The notes under the pieces were generated by a model. That model made no database searches and was not told where the DNA came from. It worked only from the letters and a program-made list of their open reading frames with translations. Below are positions 25,429-31,919 of a stretch of DNA of 31,919 nt, piece after piece. The stretch comes from a virus. Taxonomy: Duplodnaviria > Caudoviricetes. The stretch lies in IMG/VR virus record IMGVR_UViG_3300014202_001552, positions 1 through 31,919 of that record, one strand, 5' to 3'. Both the position numbers and the translations under genes were made by a program. Each line of letters starts with the position of its first letter. Position 1 is the stretch's first letter.

Positions 25429-25646
25429 AAAATTCTAAAAGTAATTCTATCCACCTCCCGAGCGATACTATACTGCAGGAAATCCCAAAAATTATAAAGC
25501 TAAGCAAACTCTCAATTAGTGAATTGCGAAAATTGAATGATGAGAATTATCCCGCATATAACGGCAAAGAGCTAACGAAGGAACAGTTAATATTCCAGCT
25601 GGTTTTCTCAGCTGATGCACCGGAAATCATAAAAAGAAAGGTTTAA
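25425..25646 (+). CDS. Hypothetical protein
   Basis: Overlap-coupled ORF. Confidence 0.5.
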   Translation: MKNSKSNSIHLPSDTILQEIPKIIKLSKLSISELRKLNDENYPAYNGKELTKEQLIFQLVFSADAPEIIKRKV

Positions 25647-25682
25647 ACAAAATGACGAGAAAACAGTGCAAGGCAAGATAAC

Positions 25683-25883
25683 ATGAGTCAAAAAGCTGAA
25701 TATCTTAGAAAAGAAGAAAAAGAGATCATTGAATTGCTGGGAGCAATACATAATAAATTTGTAAAGCTTGAGCGGTTGCATGAATGGGATCACGTAGAGT
25801 TTATGCTTGGGATACATCGTTGTCAAAATATCGTGCTTTCACGGGCAGGGATGCGGCAGCTAAAAAACGAAAAGGAGGAATAA
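25683..25883 (+). CDS. Hypothetical phage protein
   Basis: FVKLERLHEWDHVEFMLGIHRCQNIVLSR. Confidence 0.65.
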   Translation: MSQKAEYLRKEEKEIIELLGAIHNKFVKLERLHEWDHVEFMLGIHRCQNIVLSRAGMRQLKNEKEE

Positions 25884-25893
25884 TTAAACATTG

Positions 25894-26328
25894 ATGGAAG
25901 AAGTAAAAATTAATATCAATCATGGCCAGAGAGCAATGATATACGGAATGGCAAAAGATCTTGGCTTTGATAATGATCGCCTGCATGAGCTTATGGCTGA
26001 ATGGGCTGGGGTTACATCCCTTAAAGGTGATGCCTGCACCCAAAGGCAAGCAAGTATAATTATTGATTGCCTCAAAAAAATAAAGAGTCCGGAAGCTAAG
26101 AAGGAAAGAGGAACCATCACAGATAACCAGATTAATGCAATTCTCGGTATATGCAGCAGCTATAAATGGAAAAGGTCAAGGCTATTAGGGTTCGCTGCGC
26201 ATACGTTGAAAATAGATAGCATTGATTCAGTTGATGAACTGAACCACGATCAGGCATCAATTCTTATTATCGGACTTAAGAGAATGAAATATACCACACA
26301 ACAAAATACCTTAATAAAAAGTAAGTAA
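25894..26328 (+). CDS. GemA/DUF1018-like protein with two internal repeats
   Basis: IYGMAKDLGFD...GVTSL...QASIIIDCLKK and ITDNQINAI...LNHDQASILIIGLKRM; position before Mor-like gene. Confidence 0.75.
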   Translation: MEEVKININHGQRAMIYGMAKDLGFDNDRLHELMAEWAGVTSLKGDACTQRQASIIIDCLKKIKSPEAKKERGTITDNQINAILGICSSYKWKRSRLLGFAAHTLKIDSIDSVDELNHDQASILIIGLKRMKYTTQQNTLIKSK

Positions 26329-26370
26329 CATATTAACGCGCATTCAAACTATATTTACGGGGGTTACGAA

Positions 26371-26589
26371 GTGAGAAAAAAGTCCAAAATTACACGGGAA
26401 TTAATTATAGCTGAGGCTACAAAGCTCGGTATCGTTAATCCTACGAAGGTCAGAAATTTAAAGATCCGTGAAAAATACAACACACTCAAAGCCAGTGGGA
26501 AAAAATATGACCAATGCCTGGAAATTCTGAGTCGTGAATTTTTTAGATCCGAATCCGCAATAATTCAAGTATTAACAAAAACAAAATGA
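26371..26589 (+). CDS. Mor/C-like transcription activator
   Basis: RNLKIREKY...LSREFFRSESAIIQVL; position after GemA as in Mu-like phages. Confidence 0.65.
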   Translation: MRKKSKITRELIIAEATKLGIVNPTKVRNLKIREKYNTLKASGKKYDQCLEILSREFFRSESAIIQVLTKTK

Positions 26590-27074
26590 GTACTCCAAAA
26601 GATTACAACGTATTAAAGCCCGCCATTAAAAGCATGTACATGCAGGGCTCTTTAGCTCCAGAGCTTGCTTTGGTATTTAAAGATGTGCCAGTATCTACAA
26701 TTTACAGTTGGATTACGAAAGAAGGCTGGAAAGCTGAAAGAGATTCTGCTGAAAAGAATATTGCAAATGCGCCCCAGGTATTAATGCAGGCCTTCGTTAG
26801 TTTGCTTACGAAGGTAAAAAATGAAGGTACAGCAGATGGGCTCGCCTCAAATGCGGATGCAATTTCTAAAATCGCTAAAGCATATAAAACATTATTTAAA
26901 GAAAGCGATATTTTAGATATGGCAATTTGGTTCTTTAAAGAATTCGGCACCTTCTTGCGTGATGCCAAGTTTGAAGTTCCTATTGACCAGGAGTTCTTTG
27001 ATAAGCTTGATGTAATTTTACAGAAATTTCAAAGGCATCTAATTATAAAATACTCCCCAAAAAATGTCAGTTGA
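26586..27074 (+). CDS. Putative terminase small subunit (DUF1804-like)
   Basis: KSMYMQG...ELA...VPVSTIYSWITKEGWKAER HTH; ADAISKI. Confidence 0.7.
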   Translation: MSTPKDYNVLKPAIKSMYMQGSLAPELALVFKDVPVSTIYSWITKEGWKAERDSAEKNIANAPQVLMQAFVSLLTKVKNEGTADGLASNADAISKIAKAYKTLFKESDILDMAIWFFKEFGTFLRDAKFEVPIDQEFFDKLDVILQKFQRHLIIKYSPKNVS

Positions 27075-27261
27075 TAATTATTTTAAATGTATTTGTGGTG
27101 AAGAAGTATTGCTTCATCCTGCGCTGGAAACGGAATGCGATTGTGGCTGCCGGTACTGGGTGCAGAAAAACGAGATCGGCGAAGTTTTCGCATTGTTGGT
27201 CTGGGAGCATACAGAAGATGATTCGGGTAATGAGAATACAATTAAAACTTATAAAAAATAA
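27064..27261 (+). CDS. Small Zn-ribbon protein
   Basis: KCICG...ECDCG. Confidence 0.55.
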   Translation: MSVDNYFKCICGEEVLLHPALETECDCGCRYWVQKNEIGEVFALLVWEHTEDDSGNENTIKTYKK

Positions 27262-28062
27262 TTGAATAAAACTAAACTTAATATTAGAAAGGCAATGCAT
27301 TTGATAAGACAACTTTTCCCGTATCCTGGAGGAAAGTGGGTAATTCGGAATAAAGTTACCTCACATTTCCCCGAAAATTATTCAAGATATATCGATGTAT
27401 TCGGCGGTTCCGCTTCAATTTTAATTGCTAAAGAACCATCTTTGGTTGAAATTTTTAACGATCTAAACGAAGAAATTGCAAACTTCTTTAGAGTTGTAAA
27501 GTGGCGTGCCGCTGAATTAGCGGAGCTTGCATATAGCTGGGTTCATAGTAGGAAGCTGTGGGAGGATCTCAAAAAAGAAAGCCCTATTAACCATGAAGTG
27601 GAAAGGGCTTTTAGGTTTTGGGCCATGATGAGAGATTCATTCGGCGGTAAAGGTGAACATTTCGCCATGCAAAAAAGTAAAACAGTGAAAAGCATTACTA
27701 AAGCCAGGGAGTATTTATTCGAAGTATCCGAAAGGTTTAAAAACGTAACCATTGAATCATTACATTTTATAAAATGCATATCGTGTTATGACTCAATCGA
27801 TTCATTTTTATACCTAGATCCTCCTTACAGAGATACAAAAGGCGCAGATAAAAACTATTCTGAATTAACGGATACAGAGTGGTATCACATGGAAGAATCC
27901 CTTTCAAATCTCCAGGGTAAATTTTGCTTAAGCCATATAAAGAATGAATTTGTTAAAAAGCTATTTTCTAAATTCAATTTCAAGGAAATCGAAGTGCCGG
28001 TATTGCTATCCGGCAAAGGTAATTCCAGAAAAAGAATTGAATATTTAATTACAAATTATTAA
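27262..28062 (+). CDS. D12-class (Dam-family) DNA adenine methyltransferase; alternative start ATG 27295
   Basis: PYPGGK, YIDVFGGSAS, EIFNDLN, FLYLDPPY. Confidence 0.92.
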   Translation: MNKTKLNIRKAMHLIRQLFPYPGGKWVIRNKVTSHFPENYSRYIDVFGGSASILIAKEPSLVEIFNDLNEEIANFFRVVKWRAAELAELAYSWVHSRKLWEDLKKESPINHEVERAFRFWAMMRDSFGGKGEHFAMQKSKTVKSITKAREYLFEVSERFKNVTIESLHFIKCISCYDSIDSFLYLDPPYRDTKGADKNYSELTDTEWYHMEESLSNLQGKFCLSHIKNEFVKKLFSKFNFKEIEVPVLLSGKGNSRKRIEYLITNY

Positions 28063-29541
28063 ATGAAGTCTGAATTACAGTTCAATAAAGAGTTTGAAGA
28101 TCTTAGGATATGGATCCAGAGCTCTGTAACGGCCTTTGCTGATGACTCCGAAGCAGCAAAGGCCGCGCGAATTGAACGTGCCCGGACCGATAAGAAATAT
28201 TTTTCATCAACTTATTTCCCGCATTATTGTGAAGATGATTTCGCGCCGGTTCACGATGAGATGTTTGCGGTTGCCAATACATATAACGTTCCTGTGGTTT
28301 TTGCTGGAGCACGTGAAATTGCAAAATCAACAATAATTAGCTTCTTCGATGAAATGCATAAAACCCTTTTTAAGCTAAATAGATTCACAGAGTTTGTTTG
28401 TGATACCCAGGAAACAGCAATATCAGAATTCTTACACCCAATAAGGGCAGAGCTCGAAGAGAATCAAAGAATATTGAATGATTTCGGAGATCAAAGAACC
28501 AAATACTGGGAGATGAAGGATTTTGTAACAAAATCCGGTAAACGATTTTTAGCTTTGGGCCCGAAGATGGGCGTAAAAGGAAAGAAGCATAGAAGCCAAA
28601 GGCCAGATAGGATTATTGTTGAAGATATGGAGAATAGAAACTCATCAAAGAAACGAAGCATAATTAAGCGGCGTATAAAATGGATGCTTGGGGATTTGAT
28701 GAAATCAGTGAGCTTTAAGAAATGGCAGTTTATATATATTGGAAATTATGATTCTAAAAAATCTATAATTCATTACCTGCTTATATCGGAGGAAACTAAG
28801 CACTGGGTGCGCAAACTTATACCGGCTGTTCGGAAAATACGTGGAAAATTGAAATCCGTTTGGGAATCTCGCATGCCAACTAAGCAGCTGCTCCAGGAGC
28901 AGGAAGATGATCCCGTTACTTTTAGAACCGAAAGATTATTAAAGGCAGAGGATGAAGAGGCAGTATTCAAAGAAGAATGGATCCAATATTATACAGAAAG
29001 CGATATAGAGGGCTTGCCCTTGCTGATAGGTACATATATTGATCCTTCGGCCGGAAAGGGGCAGGAGCATTGCTTTAAAGCCATTATAGTGCTTGCTGTT
29101 GATCCTATAGAGATGGATTATTATGTGAAGCATGCCTGGATAAAAAAAACAAGCAAATGGAATGCTACAAAACAGCATTTTAAGTTATCAAAAGAGTATG
29201 AATCGCTTGCCGATGGAGTTGAATCTAATGGCTTTCAGTCAACATTGAAGGAGGATTACGAGCTTGTTGAAAAACAGGAAAAGCAAACTATTAACCTCAA
29301 GCTTATTAACCACACGATGGCGAAGGAAGATAGGATTGGCAGAAGATCTTCATTAGTTCAGCGTGGAAAAATTAAATTTAAGCGAAAAGATTCCGATCAA
29401 CAGGAGCTTATAGATCAATTAATTGATTTTCCTGATGGCGATTTTGATGACGGTCCTGACGGGCTTGACGGAGCAATTGAAACAATTGAATGCAAAATAT
29501 TAAAAATTAAAAAAACTGTCGGAGTTTCAGTTTTAGGATAA
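28063..29541 (+). CDS. terL: Terminase large subunit
   Basis: AREIAKST Walker A-like, RPDRIIVEDME, YIDPS, GVESNGFQ, FPDGDFDDGPDGL nuclease motif. Confidence 0.92.
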   Translation: MKSELQFNKEFEDLRIWIQSSVTAFADDSEAAKAARIERARTDKKYFSSTYFPHYCEDDFAPVHDEMFAVANTYNVPVVFAGAREIAKSTIISFFDEMHKTLFKLNRFTEFVCDTQETAISEFLHPIRAELEENQRILNDFGDQRTKYWEMKDFVTKSGKRFLALGPKMGVKGKKHRSQRPDRIIVEDMENRNSSKKRSIIKRRIKWMLGDLMKSVSFKKWQFIYIGNYDSKKSIIHYLLISEETKHWVRKLIPAVRKIRGKLKSVWESRMPTKQLLQEQEDDPVTFRTERLLKAEDEEAVFKEEWIQYYTESDIEGLPLLIGTYIDPSAGKGQEHCFKAIIVLAVDPIEMDYYVKHAWIKKTSKWNATKQHFKLSKEYESLADGVESNGFQSTLKEDYELVEKQEKQTINLKLINHTMAKEDRIGRRSSLVQRGKIKFKRKDSDQQELIDQLIDFPDGDFDDGPDGLDGAIETIECKILKIKKTVGVSVLG

Positions 29542-29544
29542 CAC

Positions 29545-30975
29545 ATGAAAAAATTACATTCAGAAGCAGCTTTAAAAAATGAAGTTAATGAACTAAGAAA
29601 GAAGATTGCTTCTCTTACTGTTCCCGTTAAGAAAACAGGAAAGGTATCGGCAAAACTTGTAACAATTGATATTAATGATTTCAGGCAGGATGAATCCTAT
29701 AAGCCAGTAAGATCTAAAACGGGTTCTATAAGTAAAAGCTCTTCGCAGATAGACGATGCGTCCAATTTGAGCGCCTTCACAATGAAGCCATATGCGAACA
29801 GAGATGCACAAAAACGCTTCTATGAGCAGAATCCCTATAACTATAGGTCTTTAAAATTAATATCCACTTGTGTTGCTGGAATTGGTCACAATATCGTGCC
29901 GGTTGATCCGACTCTTAAGGATTATTTTGATGATTCTGAATATAAAAAATTTAGAGATTTTTTAGATACTCCCAACCAGGGCGATGATTTAAGAGAAGCA
30001 ACTACATTTCAGGAGATTCTCGTTGCGGGATTAAACGATAAAAAGAATTTTGGTGATGGGTTTTTTGAAATTGTAAGGTCACATGGTGGTGAAGTTACAG
30101 AGATTTACCACATGCGAGCCTTTAACGCTTACGTGAAAATAAATTCCGGCAAAAAATACTATATTCAGAAAAAAGGATCTAAAGAAAAATGGTTTAAACC
30201 CTTCGGAGCTAAATATGGAGAAGGGATGCCGGAGGTTTTGAATATCCGAAATTATAATCCTTTTAGCGATTATTACGGTTTTCCTGAAAATTATCCTGCT
30301 ACTGCAGATATGATTTTAGATCGCTTCGGCACCGAGTATAATATTAAAAGATTTCAAAATAACCTGATGATTCAGTTTATGATAATTTGTGAAGGTGGTG
30401 AAATTGATTCCGGTGGGCTATCCAAAGTAACAGAATTCCTTCGGGCAAATTATAAAGGCATACAAAACGCCGGCAAAGTATTGTACTTAAATTCTGATGA
30501 TCCTGATGTAAAGATCAGAATTGAAAAGCTTGATAGTGAGGTGCGCGATGCAAGCTTTCAGAAGCTACATGAAAAAGCCAGGGACAATACAATTGTCGCT
30601 CATGGAATACTTGGTAGATTAGTTGGAATTGTAACTAGCGGTTCAATGGGTGGTGGGGGAGAAGCAACTGCCCAGTTTAATATATTTCTGGAAACAATGA
30701 TTAGACCGGAGCAGGCCGACTTAGCAAAGAAACTTCAGCCGGTATTTGTAGCAATGGGAATAAAAAAATTTAAGCTGGAATTTAAAGAGCTTTCAATTGA
30801 GACCTTTAAAGAACTGGTCGAAGCATACGGGAATGCCTTTGGAAAAGGCTTGATTGATGACAATGAAGCAAGGCAGGGAATTGATTTTACTCCCAGGGAT
30901 AAGTCTGAAACTGATCTCGATATAGTTTTAGCTAAAGCAAGAAAAATAGTTTACGAATTAGAGCAAACTTTGTAA
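29545..30975 (+). CDS. Portal protein (PBSX/HK97-like)
   Basis: FGDGFFEIVR, YNPFSDYYGFP, YNIKRFQNN, KGIQNAGK, DASFQKL...AHGI, NEARQ. Confidence 0.9.
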   Translation: MKKLHSEAALKNEVNELRKKIASLTVPVKKTGKVSAKLVTIDINDFRQDESYKPVRSKTGSISKSSSQIDDASNLSAFTMKPYANRDAQKRFYEQNPYNYRSLKLISTCVAGIGHNIVPVDPTLKDYFDDSEYKKFRDFLDTPNQGDDLREATTFQEILVAGLNDKKNFGDGFFEIVRSHGGEVTEIYHMRAFNAYVKINSGKKYYIQKKGSKEKWFKPFGAKYGEGMPEVLNIRNYNPFSDYYGFPENYPATADMILDRFGTEYNIKRFQNNLMIQFMIICEGGEIDSGGLSKVTEFLRANYKGIQNAGKVLYLNSDDPDVKIRIEKLDSEVRDASFQKLHEKARDNTIVAHGILGRLVGIVTSGSMGGGGEATAQFNIFLETMIRPEQADLAKKLQPVFVAMGIKKFKLEFKELSIETFKELVEAYGNAFGKGLIDDNEARQGIDFTPRDKSETDLDIVLAKARKIVYELEQTL

Positions 30976-31919
30976 TGCCAGCTAATAGTTATCAAATTCA
31001 GAAATATGAAAAACAATTGGATCGACTTTATAAGCGGTTTGAAACGGTTGTTATCCTTAAGGATGACAAAGCATATAAAAAACTTTTAAAGCAACTCCAG
31101 GGTGTATTGGTAAATACTTATGATGATTTAAGATCTAAATCCATTAAAGATGTAATTCATTATCTTGTAAATTTGGATAGTGAAAATTTCAACAATAATG
31201 ATATTACAGAAATTAATGACCTGATAAAAACCAAGCTTGGGAAAGATTTGCCGGCAGTAGTCGAAGCTGAAATTAATGAGTTAACTGAAAAGATATTTAA
31301 GGTGGGTAAAAAAGAAATATTAAGCTCGGTTGATTTTAAGTTTTCATTTGATGTGGCTGATAAAGACGCTGTTAAGCATCTTCAAAATTTCAATAATTTT
31401 TGGGTTGAGAACCACTATGACGCAAATACCAGAGATAAATTAACGGAAGTACTTACTGGTTATTTTAATTCAAATTTAACAATTGATGATGTCGCTAATA
31501 ATTTTGCTAAAGATTTTAATAAATTAACCGATAAAGGAATTTCATATTTTAAGAATTTATCTCACATCACAACAAATAGAACCCGCGCGCTGGGCCAGAT
31601 TAACGGACTTGAAAAAGCAAAAATTATCGAGTACGAGTTATTCAACCCGGATCCACAAAGCGAGATCTGCCAGCAAATGAATGGCATGGTATTTCCTGTA
31701 GAGCGCGCTCTTGCCTGGAGGGATGAGTTTATATCTATTTCGGATCCAGAAGATATAAAGGAAAAGTTTGGCTGGATAGGAGCAAATGAACTAGTAAATT
31801 ATTTTGATGATTCTGGGGATGTATCTGTTGACACTGCGGATCTTCCTGATGGGATGGTTATTCCCCCTTTACATGGAGGCCCTTGTAAAACTACAATTCG
31901 AGCAAGGTTTGAAAGTTAA
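30975..31919 (+). CDS. MuF/SPP1 gp7-like head morphogenesis protein
   Basis: TNRTRALGQ, SEICQQMNG..F, IPPLHGGPCKT; after portal. Confidence 0.85.
   Translation: MPANSYQIQKYEKQLDRLYKRFETVVILKDDKAYKKLLKQLQGVLVNTYDDLRSKSIKDVIHYLVNLDSENFNNNDITEINDLIKTKLGKDLPAVVEAEINELTEKIFKVGKKEILSSVDFKFSFDVADKDAVKHLQNFNNFWVENHYDANTRDKLTEVLTGYFNSNLTIDDVANNFAKDFNKLTDKGISYFKNLSHITTNRTRALGQINGLEKAKIIEYELFNPDPQSEICQQMNGMVFPVERALAWRDEFISISDPEDIKEKFGWIGANELVNYFDDSGDVSVDTADLPDGMVIPPLHGGPCKTTIRARFES

Larger units (their letters stand above)
1..31919. mobile_element. Mu-like transposable temperate phage/prophage (partial, ends not in window)
   Basis: DDE transposase, MuB-like ATPase, Gam, GemA-like and Mor-like genes together with terminase, portal, capsid, tail and lysis genes; no host housekeeping genes. 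Confidence 0.93.

Noticed and set aside
1-31919. Mu-type ends, invertible tail cassette, contractile sheath, or stop-codon recoding
   Set aside because: No end repeats, invertase or sheath gene recognised; genes are intact under the standard code

Overview
The whole window is part of a temperate, Mu-like transposable tailed phage or prophage with a non-contractile (sipho-type) tail; no sheath gene is seen. Neither genome end nor any host flank is visible. A central immunity switch (CI/LexA-type HTH-S24 repressor, leftward; Cro/Ner-like HTH, rightward) has three identical 14-bp boxes. The right arm (+) carries early genes, a Mu-type DDE transposase, a MuB-like ATPase, two Gam-like genes, DUF1643, GemA-like and Mor/C-like genes, then TerS, an adenine methyltransferase, TerL, portal and a MuF-like protein. 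The left arm (-) carries an XkdF-like prohead protease, major capsid, an initiator-type tRNA(CAU), neck genes, tail tube, a lysis cassette, a tail chaperone with a verifiable -1 frameshift, tape measure and fibre-like genes. TAnnTTTG promoter elements and signal peptides followed by Gln suggest an FCB-group host (inference). The main candidate for an undescribed system is that five late-operon proteins, including two with tail-fibre motifs, begin with apparent Sec signal peptides, implying fibre-like proteins are exported. Other notable items: morphogenesis genes split around the early module, an altered fMet-type tRNA, a 35-unit two-bit 9-bp coding array, and a repressor that may start at CUG. 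All family calls come from motif recognition by eye, not database searches.
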